This document shows positions 25,938 through 36,160 of a stretch of DNA of 64,000 bases, piece by piece. Source of the stretch: a virus (Duplodnaviria; Caudoviricetes); the IMG/VR virus record IMGVR_UViG_3300029288_002061, positions 1-64,000 of that record; one strand, 5' to 3'. The notes beneath the pieces are model-generated. The model saw only the letters and a program-made list of their open reading frames with translations, did no database searches and was not told where the DNA came from. Within the stretch, counting starts at the first letter, position 1; the number at the start of each line of letters is the position of its first letter. The translations under genes were made by a program, and so were the position numbers.

Positions 25938-28049
25938 TTAGTTACTCACACTGAGCGGGAACCATATATGGCCCTTGACCATAACATACCCGCTGACGGA
26001 TTCCGAAAAAGTACATTGGATTTCATTCTCATTGAGTATCTGTAACACATCGGGTATTGCTTCTCCCGTTGTTGTAAAGCACTTAACAATAACATCTTCC
26101 GTATTCAAACCGTGATTTATTGTCCACAAGGTATCTGGTGTTAACTGGTAGGTCAACTTATCAACCGCGCCTACCATAAGAACATGATCTATCGTCCCGT
26201 CTGGGGGTGTAGTAAGATTCATAATCCTATTATCCATATTCACCACCGCTGAGTCATATTCTATCAGATCCCCAAGGTCATCCATCACGATAGCCATAGC
26301 GAGAGCTTCCGCGTTTGGAGTCGTCTGTATCAAACTACCGGTTACGGTATCGAACGTCCGGGTCGGGCTGGCATTGCAGACGTTTGCAGTCAGTACCACT
26401 TTTCCGGACTGCACGGTATCGAAATTGATCCGTAATTCATTCCGGCTGATAAACTCCACACTGTCATAGCGTTCCATCAGGGAGTATCCGGAACCGTCCC
26501 AGATATGAATCAATGGCATCTGGGTACCCATATGGTGTCGGATATACCAAGTCGTTGCCGGGGTTGGTTGGGTATAAACTTGCATATCCTGCGCCCGATA
26601 GGCCATTTTACCCGACGGGATCGGTGGAACAACCGGTAGACTCCCTACCATAACAGCTACTCTGGCTATTCTGGCGGTCACTCCCGGCCCGAACTCAATA
26701 CTGATCTGTGGGAAGTCCTGTGGAGTAATCGGGAAAGGCACACTGATACGCCGCCAAGTCCCCAAAGAACTCGGATTGTAGATGTAATAGGCGGAACTGC
26801 CATAGAGGATTCTACCCGAATAGGGAAGTCCAAGCGGACTTGCACCGGCATAGGAACCATCTGTGGTGGCAACGTCGATCTTGATATCTATCCCGACCGA
26901 TACAGGGTACTGACTTCCAAAACCGGCATTCACGGGGAGGGTATTATACAGTTGTCCTTTTCCTGCAAGGTTAACCATTGTCACATAAGGATAGTTATCC
27001 GGGCCGCCGCTATTGGCCTTTGTAACCGTACCACCGGCGGAAGTCCAGTATCCCCATGTCCTATCAAGAAACATTCCGCCGTCTGTAAGCGTTCCGCCGC
27101 AACCGGTATCAAAAGAACCATTGGTACAGAGATTGACGCTATTCATCCACTTATTATCGGAAGCGGAACAGTCCAAGGATTCCAGAGCAACTTTCCGGAG
27201 GTCTTCAATATGTCCATCAGTAAGAGCGGTACCGTTACGGTAGATCCGCGCAAGCGGGAACACATAATGCTGATTTCCGTCGGCATCAACGTAATCAGGG
27301 AAAGACGTGCCACCCTCCCGGACATAAATGGTATGGATAAGCTTTTCCCTTAGCTGGGCTGTTACCGGGACGGCCAGTTGATGTTCAAGATTCGGGTCAT
27401 CTGTTGAATCATACTCATCCACATAGACGTTCAGGAATACCGTATCCGTCCGGGTTGCCGGGGAAGTGGTATCGGTAAGGTTGATCCGGTAGAAAGAACC
27501 GATTTCCCCCGAAGTTGTTGCATCCCCGGTAACAATCATAGTATTCGCGGTATTTGAGACTACCGTGGTATTGTATCCCGCCGTGATATCAGGATAAATG
27601 GTCTTTCCGACGTGTTCATTGGTATTCCAGTTGGCCGCCGAATCCTCAATAAGGGTCTGGCCGGTTCCGGAGTTGTACACGATATTGGTAATTCTGGGGC
27701 AAATCGAAGTATTTGCCAGTGTCGCCCCGGAATTGACGTAGTTGACATCGGTTTTCAGAAGCGGTACATAGCCATTGGCAAGATAGCGGCCCGCGCCGTC
27801 AAGGGTTCCATCGCCCCCGGTAACGGTAAAATCATACCGGCTTGTCCCGTTGGCTGAGATCTTCCAGCCATTGCCTATGGCACCGCAGCCGACCATTTGG
27901 ATAAGTCGGCGTAGCTGGGTGGCTACAGAAAGGCGGTCATCATTCTCATCGGCGTCAATCCACGGAATACCCTGTTGGACTTTGGCCCAAAGATACTGTT
28001 TTTCTTCATCGAACATATTACGGGAGTAATTCCCGGTTGACAATCCCAT
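25938..28049 (-). CDS. DUF6519-like baseplate/fibre protein
   Basis: YSRNMFD...VQQG.P..DADEND N-terminus; CBM-like NGSFD region; repeated W.I.H.(L/M) modules. Confidence 0.65.
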   Translation of the reverse strand: MGLSTGNYSRNMFDEEKQYLWAKVQQGIPWIDADENDDRLSVATQLRRLIQMVGCGAIGNGWKISANGTSRYDFTVTGGDGTLDGAGRYLANGYVPLLKTDVNYVNSGATLANTSICPRITNIVYNSGTGQTLIEDSAANWNTNEHVGKTIYPDITAGYNTTVVSNTANTMIVTGDATTSGEIGSFYRINLTDTTSPATRTDTVFLNVYVDEYDSTDDPNLEHQLAVPVTAQLREKLIHTIYVREGGTSFPDYVDADGNQHYVFPLARIYRNGTALTDGHIEDLRKVALESLDCSASDNKWMNSVNLCTNGSFDTGCGGTLTDGGMFLDRTWGYWTSAGGTVTKANSGGPDNYPYVTMVNLAGKGQLYNTLPVNAGFGSQYPVSVGIDIKIDVATTDGSYAGASPLGLPYSGRILYGSSAYYIYNPSSLGTWRRISVPFPITPQDFPQISIEFGPGVTARIARVAVMVGSLPVVPPIPSGKMAYRAQDMQVYTQPTPATTWYIRHHMGTQMPLIHIWDGSGYSLMERYDSVEFISRNELRINFDTVQSGKVVLTANVCNASPTRTFDTVTGSLIQTTPNAEALAMAIVMDDLGDLIEYDSAVVNMDNRIMNLTTPPDGTIDHVLMVGAVDKLTYQLTPDTLWTINHGLNTEDVIVKCFTTTGEAIPDVLQILNENEIQCTFSESVSGYVMVKGHIWFPLSVSN

Positions 28050-28058
28050 AATTGACTC

Positions 28059-28814
28059 CTACGGATTAAAGGACAGAGTTATAAACCGCACAACCTTTAC
28101 CGAACTATCTTTCCAAATCCTCTGGTGGTTAATCGCATCTACCATATACCCACCGCCCGAGGTATCCGCACCGTCCCCGCCGAACAAACCCATTTCCCTA
28201 AGATACACCCCGGATGTAAGATCGGTGTAATCCAAGACCGTCCGGAACTCAATGGCGTTTGTCGGTACCGCAGCCGCACTCGGAGTAAACTCATACTGGG
28301 TCGTTTCGTCACAAGCCTCTGGATACGCGCTACTTACAGTAATTTTACCAGTTACTTGATCGTAATCCGACACTGTACGGATTTCTCCGGCATTGGTTCC
28401 GGAAGTGATGGTGATTGTAGCCCCGTTAAAGAGGTCGGACTGCTCAAAACGTCCCCAGTAGAGCGATGTGGCAGGATTTTCCCGCCAAGGATCATAAATC
28501 TCGGTAAGTGTTCCTTCCTTGGCGGTTCCGTGACCGATTCTCATGTAGGTCATGGAGTCTACGGCTTTCCGGAATACTTCATTGGTAAGCTCGGTCTGAT
28601 AGACGTTCGGTTTGGGGTATGGAACAGCGGTATCCCATTCAGGAAGGCCGATTCCTACCGCCAGATGGATATTTCCGGGGTTGATTTGTCCGGTAATTGA
28701 ACCCATGACAAAACGCGGAGCCGGTTCGACCCAGATATTTGAGCCTTCTCGGACTTCCCACAGATTCCCGTAGGAATCATAGATCTCGTCTTTCCAGATA
28801 CCTTTAATCATCAC
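28059..28814 (-). CDS. Tail fibre base/baseplate protein
   Basis: HLAVG.G, TELTNEVFRK, LREMGLFGG. Confidence 0.65.
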   Translation of the reverse strand: MMIKGIWKDEIYDSYGNLWEVREGSNIWVEPAPRFVMGSITGQINPGNIHLAVGIGLPEWDTAVPYPKPNVYQTELTNEVFRKAVDSMTYMRIGHGTAKEGTLTEIYDPWRENPATSLYWGRFEQSDLFNGATITITSGTNAGEIRTVSDYDQVTGKITVSSAYPEACDETTQYEFTPSAAAVPTNAIEFRTVLDYTDLTSGVYLREMGLFGGDGADTSGGGYMVDAINHQRIWKDSSVKVVRFITLSFNP

Positions 28815-28819
28815 AGCTC

Positions 28820-31210
28820 CTAATAAGTTATATCAAAGGTTGCATTTATAAAACCAGAATTACAAATCTTAAGAACTATGTACATAGTAAATGGAGTATG
28901 GGAAACCATATCAAATCCAAGAGCCTGTAATTGTGTAACATCTAGGGTAGTGCCTGAAGATAAGACTGTTAATCCGGCTGCGGAGCACAAAGCATTGAAT
29001 TCGGCGTATGTGAGTGTTCCTGAGCCTGAAGCGGTTATACCACTGATAGTAATAGACCATCCAGACATACATAAGCCATCAATAAGTCCTGCTCCATCGG
29101 CTAGTATAAAACCTCCAGTTGCTATAATTGTGTTACCGACTATAGAAATTGGGTTTGGGGAGACTATACACATATCATCTATAGAGTGTGTAATTGTTAA
29201 TGTACTCGGTTTTTCACCCAACACAATGGTATCATAGTAATCGGATGAAACGGAACCAGTATCTATTGTCACTATATCTGGAATATAACCATCCCTATAA
29301 GATTCAAATAGATTAACTCTCTGATATGCATCCTCTCCATAGTGGCAATCCAAGACACCCAGAACCATTTCATAGCCCGCCGGGATCGCGGTGCATGAAT
29401 ACCGCATGAGCTTTGCCAAGGTCTCCTGAGTTACCGGTTTATTGCAGACGTTTGCAGTACATGTTTGCTGGATATTCCCGAAATTCAGATACAGGCCAAT
29501 CCGTTCATGGCGATAAAGTCTGGGGTAATATTCATTACCGTGCAATTCAATCTCTTTGATTTCTTTTTCGCCGCCCCACGTATCCAGCACAGATACCCGC
29601 CAATACTGGACAGGTTCCCGGAGATATTGAGGTACTTTGAACGAATACCACTGATTGATTACAGTGCTGTCTTCCAATGCGGTGTAGATGATAGCCAACT
29701 GGTCATCATCTACAAACTGATCCCCTCTGATAGTAACCATTCCATCATCTCTGTCAATACTATATGAGCCATAACCGGTTCCGGCGGTCAATCCAAGCTC
29801 TGAAAGTGCGGTTCCGTCAACAACCGAGGCGTAAGAACCGGTTCCGATAATGTTTGATACCACACGAAGTTTGTTATCAACCACTTCTACAGAACCATAA
29901 GTAAGAAAGCTATTCATGTACAAAGCTGCTTCATATGCTGTTGAAGCGTCGTCAAACCCAGAAAAAGTTATAAGTGTTATGTGTCCATTGATATTAAAAC
30001 GGACTGTCAACCCATTAAGATTATTACCAGAATACTCTGAGGTTCCAACCACATAACCATATGGATATTTTAGAACTGCATTGGTCTTATAAACAACTGT
30101 ATTATATTGCGGAAAATCGTTTGACATCATGATTTTACCGTAAAGCTCAATACGATTCCCGCTTATCTCCTTGATTTGTACACAGGTCTTATAACTGCCG
30201 TTGGCCAAGAGAATCCATTCTCCTTCCGCGTACAGCGTAGGATCGGATACCTCGATAATGGTGTCTTCGGCAGTCGCGGCCTTGGTCAAATACCCGAAAA
30301 CTGTAGTAGAGGGCGTAATCACGTAGAGTCTTTCGTCCGGAACGCTCTCAATCAGGGACTTTCGGGTGTAAAACTGTGTGGTTCCGGGTACATACGTACC
30401 CAAATAGTGATTATATCGCTCAAAACACCCGATCCGGTATTCCGCGTCCCTGTACCAAGTCACCCCGTCTGCGGAGTGTTCCAAGGCAAAGTCTCTTACG
30501 CCGTCACCGCCGAATACCCTAACCCACGACGGGAGCTTTTCATCATCAAAGGTGAATTGAAGATGGTTATTAGTATCTGACGAAAGCGGCTTCCAAGACG
30601 ATTGTTCCGACTGATCCACCGCGAATACGGCGTCATGACCGGTTTGGGCGGACGACGCGGTAACTTCTCTGGGCGTCATATACGATTTATGAACATAATC
30701 CTCCGAAAAGCCTGTAATGTCCCCCGGAAGGTCATAGAGATACCGCTTTTCCGGATCCGACGTATCGACGGATTCGTTATATGTGTATTTCAGGGAATTG
30801 GTGCTCCGTGTCGAGATAAGCACATTATCGACAAACGCCCGGCTCAGGCAGTTGACGCGGGAGATCATGTACCCATAGAGTTCATTTCCCGAATGGGTGG
30901 CCTTCCGCTTATACCAAGGCACCGCTTTCTTGATTTCTTCGCGGGCTTGAGTAGTGGAAATGTCATCATTGAAGTTGATACCGACCAACTTCCCCATAGG
31001 AGCCAAAAACATTGGATCTGTGTTATCCACGTCAATCATGACGGGAAAAGCGTCCAAAAGACCCTTTGCTTCGTCCAAAACATAGCCGATAGTCTTCAGA
31101 TACCGCTGAAGTGGGCCTTTCTTCTCTCCGGTTTCATCCAGATTGAAGTATTCCCCGGTGGAATCATCCCTTGTCGGGTCAAGTGCTATCTGAATATCTT
31201 CATCCGCCAT
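28820..31210 (-). CDS. Baseplate wedge protein (P2 gpI-like N-terminus) with discoidin and inserted domains
   Basis: GPLQRYL...DVDNTDPMFL...REEIKKAV..YKRKAT; split F5/8-type motifs. Confidence 0.7.
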   Translation of the reverse strand: MADEDIQIALDPTRDDSTGEYFNLDETGEKKGPLQRYLKTIGYVLDEAKGLLDAFPVMIDVDNTDPMFLAPMGKLVGINFNDDISTTQAREEIKKAVPWYKRKATHSGNELYGYMISRVNCLSRAFVDNVLISTRSTNSLKYTYNESVDTSDPEKRYLYDLPGDITGFSEDYVHKSYMTPREVTASSAQTGHDAVFAVDQSEQSSWKPLSSDTNNHLQFTFDDEKLPSWVRVFGGDGVRDFALEHSADGVTWYRDAEYRIGCFERYNHYLGTYVPGTTQFYTRKSLIESVPDERLYVITPSTTVFGYLTKAATAEDTIIEVSDPTLYAEGEWILLANGSYKTCVQIKEISGNRIELYGKIMMSNDFPQYNTVVYKTNAVLKYPYGYVVGTSEYSGNNLNGLTVRFNINGHITLITFSGFDDASTAYEAALYMNSFLTYGSVEVVDNKLRVVSNIIGTGSYASVVDGTALSELGLTAGTGYGSYSIDRDDGMVTIRGDQFVDDDQLAIIYTALEDSTVINQWYSFKVPQYLREPVQYWRVSVLDTWGGEKEIKEIELHGNEYYPRLYRHERIGLYLNFGNIQQTCTANVCNKPVTQETLAKLMRYSCTAIPAGYEMVLGVLDCHYGEDAYQRVNLFESYRDGYIPDIVTIDTGSVSSDYYDTIVLGEKPSTLTITHSIDDMCIVSPNPISIVGNTIIATGGFILADGAGLIDGLCMSGWSITISGITASGSGTLTYAEFNALCSAAGLTVLSSGTTLDVTQLQALGFDMVSHTPFTMYIVLKICNSGFINATFDITY

Positions 31211-31212
31211 CG

Positions 31213-31782
31213 CTAAACCTCGCCATCTTGAGTGTGGTAAATCGCCGGGAGGCATTCCCACAACTTCTTTGGAAAGTATCCTGTATTGAGTCCCATCCCG
31301 CGCCCTAGATTCTCCTCATCCGTCACCCATTGTCCACTGGATACGGACTTGGCAAAGAACCGGTAGTAATACACCTTATTAGCAGCAATACCCTTCCCGG
31401 TAATGCCCTGATTCTCATAGTAATAGGTCGGTAAATCAGTGTAACTTCTTGTAAGGAACGGTGTTACGCCGTCCTCGGTCGTGAATACGATGATTCCGTC
31501 GTCGGGGTGTTGCGGGAAGTCATATTCCCTGCGGACAAGCCGGTAATCCGATGCCAGCGCAGGAGACGGGGGTTCCCACGAAATGACCAACTGTGGGCCT
31601 TCCACGCCTCTGTAGATGAAGAACTGTGTCGGCATGATGGTACTGACTTGGGCCGCCACAACAGTTGGCTGAGACACAACCACCGTGGATCCCAAAACAG
31701 GTGGCCTTACCGGTGTAACCGAAGACGGATACCCCACAAGGGCCGTGCTATATATAGGTCTTGGAGTGACTATCACACCCAT
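31213..31782 (-). CDS. FN3-like baseplate protein
   Basis: VISWEPP, YRLVRR, SYTD, VYYYRFFA; ends LWECLPAIYH. Confidence 0.6.
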   Translation of the reverse strand: MGVIVTPRPIYSTALVGYPSSVTPVRPPVLGSTVVVSQPTVVAAQVSTIMPTQFFIYRGVEGPQLVISWEPPSPALASDYRLVRREYDFPQHPDDGIIVFTTEDGVTPFLTRSYTDLPTYYYENQGITGKGIAANKVYYYRFFAKSVSSGQWVTDEENLGRGMGLNTGYFPKKLWECLPAIYHTQDGEV

Positions 31783-31791
31783 CGGCTACCC

Positions 31792-32196
31792 CTAAAGAGA
31801 AAAGATCTTTGTCGTACTGGTATTCCACTGGATATTGAAATCGCCATTATTCATCAAAATCGGGAGTCCGCTACTGGTGTCGATATACGCGATAAGCGGA
31901 GAAGACGCTTCCGATCCGGTATCTTGATAGATAACCAAAGCGTCAACCTGCCCTGTAACCGAAGTCAGAAGGACATTATCCGCACCGGCTACCCCGGCAA
32001 CGGCGGTCTTCGTCGTAAGAGCGGAAGACGTGGCGATTCTTGCCGTAAGAGGGATATCGGACAGGAATTCGTCGGTTAAGACATCAGCCGTGTATGCGGA
32101 CTTGTCAATGAGTACCACCTTGATTGTCGCGGAAGTCCAATTCAAAGCCCCTGTGAGAAAACGGTTCTTTGCCGCTGTATAGAGAGCATTCGCCAT
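31792..32196 (-). CDS. Conserved phage tail-associated protein
   Basis: MANALY...IKVVL...ALVIY...LIAYID...NGDFNIQW...IFSL. Confidence 0.7.
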   Translation of the reverse strand: MANALYTAAKNRFLTGALNWTSATIKVVLIDKSAYTADVLTDEFLSDIPLTARIATSSALTTKTAVAGVAGADNVLLTSVTGQVDALVIYQDTGSEASSPLIAYIDTSSGLPILMNNGDFNIQWNTSTTKIFSL

Positions 32197-32206
32197 GATT
32201 CATTCC

Positions 32207-33988
32207 TTATCGTACACATCCCTTGTTTGAGGATTCTTCCACATAAGCATACCGAAGTGTTACCGTACCCTCGGTGAAAAACTCGTCCGTATCCATAACC
32301 ACATTGGCAATCTTCGGAGAAGTCCGGATAACCGCCTTGTCTTGGGCCGACATCGGAGTTGTACCAGAAAGCAGAGTAAACCCGAAATTACCGTTATTCG
32401 AGATAAACGGGGCGTCCAAAGAGCCTGTGCCTTGGATACCGGAGTTATAACCCCTTACAGAGAACGCGGTTGGGGAAGTAAACACCACCGTCCATTCCTC
32501 GTTAATCGCATCATCTCCGATATACCAAGCACCAGAATCAAATGTAGCATTCCCAGTCCAGATTTCCAGTTCCGGGGTGGGCTGCCTTGAGTATTTTACA
32601 AAGTCCACATAGGCAACGCCTTCCGACCCGTCAATGACACTGGTAATGTCGGAAAGATACGATGCTTTCCCGAATCCCGTGTAAGAGCTGGACTGGACGT
32701 TGAAATAGTCATTCAGGCTTTCCCTGACATTGGTATCCACCGTCGAGGTCGCATAGTTGGCATAGATATAGACATTCGCTTCAAGGTTAATCGGCTGATA
32801 TTTGGGATCAAACAGCTCTACCGTGGTTCCCGCGATTTGCCGTGGAGCCAGATAATCAAGGATATCCTGCTTTTGGCTAAGACTCATATTGGAACCGTCT
32901 TCTGTCGCCACAAACAGCGATACCGGTATGGCACTTGACCGATTACAGTTCCGCCAACGGTCTACCGTGGCTCGGACGGCATTGACATTGTTCCGGGTGT
33001 CCGCAAGAGCTTCAAAGTCTTCCAGCGTAATAGCCCTGTAGAGCGCACGGAGCGCACGCGGGCCTTCCACCTTGGCTGATTGGATGGATTGTTCGTCCGT
33101 ACCGCCGGTGGCGGATGAGTTATTGGTTACGCTGACAGAAATCGGGGATCCGTTAAAGAGAATCTGGGAATCGACGATGGTAATGGTTCCTTCCCCGACA
33201 TTCCCCTGAGTCCCGCCGCCAACCCTGTAAATCGCGGATACGATAGCCCCGTTCGCGGGGATCTTTCCTTGACCGTTATCACCGAAATAGACATTGACAA
33301 CCCCGTTGGCATTCCGGAAAAGCATACAGTCTTGGGAACAGCTTTCCGAGTCGACAAGGGTTTCTACGATTTTCCACTTGGTATACCCGGCACCCTCGTT
33401 GATATAAATGCTTACAGAATCATCAATTACGGGAGTTTCTGGAAGTGTGAAGATCTGATTTGGGGCTGCGTTGGATTGTCCGAGAATGATAGGGTCACCC
33501 ACCGTTCCGGAAGTCTTTCCTTCTACCGCGCTGACTGTCCCGGTAGTGTACCCGGAAGGAATGGTCAAAGCAACAGAAGTCTCAAAATAGATGGGATTTG
33601 CCGAAGTGTCTGCATACGTATGCAGTAGGGTACTCTTAGGGATAAGTAGGTCATCCGAAAGGGCTTGGTCGATGGAAAATGTCACATCAACGGTCGCGGC
33701 GGTCTTCCCACGGAGTTCATAGTCAATCAGCTTGAGAAGGTTGACAACGGACTGTCGGGTAATCGCGGTCGGTAGGAAAGATTCTTCAGCCATACGGTCG
33801 ATATAGAAATGGATGTTATCCCCCATGTACGCCAAAAGTTCCATAAGAACGACACCGAAATCGCTGGGGTTCATATCGGTATATTCAGGGCAGAAGAACG
33901 GAAGTGTCCTGAGAAGGTCATCGCGGAGTGATTCATAATCCCGCGAAGTATAGTCTATTGTTGGCACGCGCCAAGTTTGTGTCGCCAT
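32207..33988 (-). CDS. Baseplate J/gp6-like wedge protein
   Basis: IDYTSRDYES, SDFGVVLMELLAY, FGDN..GKIP, YRVGGG..GNV, ATGGTD, RAITLEDFE. Confidence 0.92.
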   Translation of the reverse strand: MATQTWRVPTIDYTSRDYESLRDDLLRTLPFFCPEYTDMNPSDFGVVLMELLAYMGDNIHFYIDRMAEESFLPTAITRQSVVNLLKLIDYELRGKTAATVDVTFSIDQALSDDLLIPKSTLLHTYADTSANPIYFETSVALTIPSGYTTGTVSAVEGKTSGTVGDPIILGQSNAAPNQIFTLPETPVIDDSVSIYINEGAGYTKWKIVETLVDSESCSQDCMLFRNANGVVNVYFGDNGQGKIPANGAIVSAIYRVGGGTQGNVGEGTITIVDSQILFNGSPISVSVTNNSSATGGTDEQSIQSAKVEGPRALRALYRAITLEDFEALADTRNNVNAVRATVDRWRNCNRSSAIPVSLFVATEDGSNMSLSQKQDILDYLAPRQIAGTTVELFDPKYQPINLEANVYIYANYATSTVDTNVRESLNDYFNVQSSSYTGFGKASYLSDITSVIDGSEGVAYVDFVKYSRQPTPELEIWTGNATFDSGAWYIGDDAINEEWTVVFTSPTAFSVRGYNSGIQGTGSLDAPFISNNGNFGFTLLSGTTPMSAQDKAVIRTSPKIANVVMDTDEFFTEGTVTLRYAYVEESSNKGCVR

Positions 33989-33997
33989 GAAGGACTC

Positions 33998-34465
33998 CTA
34001 ACCGAATTGTGCCGTACTTTGGGCATCCGTAACCCATGCTTCCTGTTCCGCCGGATCAAGAAAGTACGGGAAGACAAGGTTACGCTTTACATTGGTCTTA
34101 ATCACTGTATAGGTTACACTGACATCGAGCCGCCCTTCTTGGCGGAACGTCCTGTCAATAACCAGATTATCCACAATCACGCGGGGTTCCCACCGTTCTA
34201 TGGCACCCCGGACGGCATACTCTACCTTGGCATCCAAAGCAGGGTCATTAGGCCGGAATACGATTTCCCGGAGATAGGAACCGAAAGAACGCCGCATGAC
34301 GCGGGAGCCTACCCGGATTCCAAGGATCTGAAGGATACTTTCTATGATATGCTGATCGCTCTCGGACTGTGTAACAGCTCCAAAAGCAGACACGCCGCCC
34401 GATTTCCGGGTAAACCGGAACGGGAAAGCCATACCGCGCCCTAGAAATCCCCTTGGGTCAGCCAT
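33998..34465 (-). CDS. gp25/GPW-like baseplate wedge protein
   Basis: FLGRGMAFPF, G.RVMR..FG, WEPRV, NLVFPY. Confidence 0.92.
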   Translation of the reverse strand: MADPRGFLGRGMAFPFRFTRKSGGVSAFGAVTQSESDQHIIESILQILGIRVGSRVMRRSFGSYLREIVFRPNDPALDAKVEYAVRGAIERWEPRVIVDNLVIDRTFRQEGRLDVSVTYTVIKTNVKRNLVFPYFLDPAEQEAWVTDAQSTAQFG

Positions 34466-34854
34466 TATTGATTATCCTTGCCGATAAAGCCTTCCAGTAA
34501 CGCGGCTAGTTGACGTTTGCCCTGTATGGTAGCCAACCGCCGCTCCAAGTCAAGTTGTTTTTCCAACTTTGATGTTGGCTGGATAGCCGCTATTTCCCTA
34601 TCTATGTAGTGGACAAGCATATCAAAGACGGCATTCATTGGGTCATAGTCCGAAGCTACCAGAATACCCTTGGCTTTGACAATCATGGTTCTTTGGTGAT
34701 TGAGCTTGTTAATGGCAAAGTTCATAACCCGGATTTCATCCACCAGCTTATCCCGGAATTCCTTCAACTGCTTGAATTGATACTCATCCACATCCCGGAG
34801 AAGCATTTCCCGTAGGGTTTGTAACGTTGCCTTGTCTTCGGCGGAAATCATCAT
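34465..34854 (-). CDS. Hypothetical helical protein
   Basis: 129-aa ORF within the baseplate operon. Confidence 0.6.
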   Translation of the reverse strand: MMISAEDKATLQTLREMLLRDVDEYQFKQLKEFRDKLVDEIRVMNFAINKLNHQRTMIVKAKGILVASDYDPMNAVFDMLVHYIDREIAAIQPTSKLEKQLDLERRLATIQGKRQLAALLEGFIGKDNQ

Positions 34855-34860
34855 AACTCC

Positions 34861-35136
34861 TTAATTCTCATCAGCATACACATTTGGGCTACCCGTTACT
34901 TGTGGGTTAGGCGGATGCGGGCAGGGGTCGCCTTTATGGTCATCTCCTATCCGGGCAACCCGTATTCCCTCGGCAAAAACTGTAGGACTACCATCTTTTT
35001 GTGTAGTAGTCCCGCAATGTGTGTCGATATCTCCTACCCTATGCACTGGGCTACCATTGGCGTAAGTTGTAGGACTCCCGCCGGTGGCTACCGCCCCACA
35101 CGCATGAACATCTCCAATACGACATACCTTGGGCAT
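34861..35136 (-). CDS. PAAR spike-tip protein
   Basis: RIGD/RVGD x3, GSP.V repeats, His/Cys ligands. Confidence 0.9.
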   Translation of the reverse strand: MPKVCRIGDVHACGAVATGGSPTTYANGSPVHRVGDIDTHCGTTTQKDGSPTVFAEGIRVARIGDDHKGDPCPHPPNPQVTGSPNVYADEN

Positions 35137-35147
35137 ATCTTCTACCT

Positions 35148-35891
35148 CTAATTATGGTCAATTCGGGGTGCATTATCCGCTATGTGCGTCTCGGAGTTGC
35201 GTACAAATTCACCCTTAACTGTAGTTGTATTATACCCGTCCACATTCAACTCTTCATCCCCAACTACGTACTGGGTATGATTCCCCTCGATAACCCTGAT
35301 AACATTGCCGTGGATCCGCTCTGAAACGTCCCCGTTGACCTCGGAATAGACATTCCCGACAACCTTGATTCGGACATTCCCGGCGGTATCTATGTCCACA
35401 AACGTCCCGGAAGCATGATAAATCTTAATACGTTCCTGATCCGGAGTATCATCGAACTCCACGGTATGTCCGGAAAGCGTCTTGAAGACATGGTTATAGG
35501 GATACTGGGCCTTATACGGGTCTGGAACGGTTGGGGTGGCCGGATTGATGCTCTGGACGGTGTTATCCGCCGTTCCTTGCGCCAAAGCCGGTGGCGGGGT
35601 GGCTTGAGAGAACCAAACCGCTGACCAAACGGGGTAATTCGGGTTCCCTGACTCAAACTCGCACCAAACCGCGTCTCCCTTGTTGGGAACGTGGAAGTCA
35701 CCCTTCTCGTGTTCCCCGTCGGATCCTGTTACCCCGACTTTTCCGAATGCCCAGTCTGTTACCAAAGTCTCCCCGAAGATTTCAGGGACTCTGAGACGGA
35801 CACGCCCAAGCATTTCCGGGTCGTTATTATCGACCACAAACGCTCGGTAGCAAAACGGATAGACATTCTTACCGGTATTTGAAAACATCAC
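35148..35891 (-). CDS. Baseplate spike (gp5/gpV OB-fold plus beta helix)
   Basis: DPEMLGRVRLRVP, VP..GD.VW.EFE.GNP..PVW, SGH..EFDD. Confidence 0.92.
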   Translation of the reverse strand: MMFSNTGKNVYPFCYRAFVVDNNDPEMLGRVRLRVPEIFGETLVTDWAFGKVGVTGSDGEHEKGDFHVPNKGDAVWCEFESGNPNYPVWSAVWFSQATPPPALAQGTADNTVQSINPATPTVPDPYKAQYPYNHVFKTLSGHTVEFDDTPDQERIKIYHASGTFVDIDTAGNVRIKVVGNVYSEVNGDVSERIHGNVIRVIEGNHTQYVVGDEELNVDGYNTTTVKGEFVRNSETHIADNAPRIDHN

Positions 35892-36160
35892 TTAATCCTT
35901 GTATTGCACCGTTGACACCACTTCACACGTACCCACTTGTTATTCACGTTTTCAAGCCGGTAAATCACTTCTACCTTGCATACCGGACATAGAGTTGTAT
36001 CTTGAGCTTTTCTTGTATCTACCCGCTCTGCCTTGGCCTGTTCCTGTGCTACCTTGGCATCGTCTACCGTCACAACCTTTTGTACCACCGTGGGTTGTGA
36101 CATCGTGGTTATCTGAGCACGGGCTGCTTTTGCCATAGCTGATCCGCAATTACATCCCAT
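35888..36160 (-). CDS. Small zinc-ribbon protein
   Basis: MGCNCG start; CPVC...CQRC. Confidence 0.6.
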   Translation of the reverse strand: MGCNCGSAMAKAARAQITTMSQPTVVQKVVTVDDAKVAQEQAKAERVDTRKAQDTTLCPVCKVEVIYRLENVNNKWVRVKWCQRCNTRIK

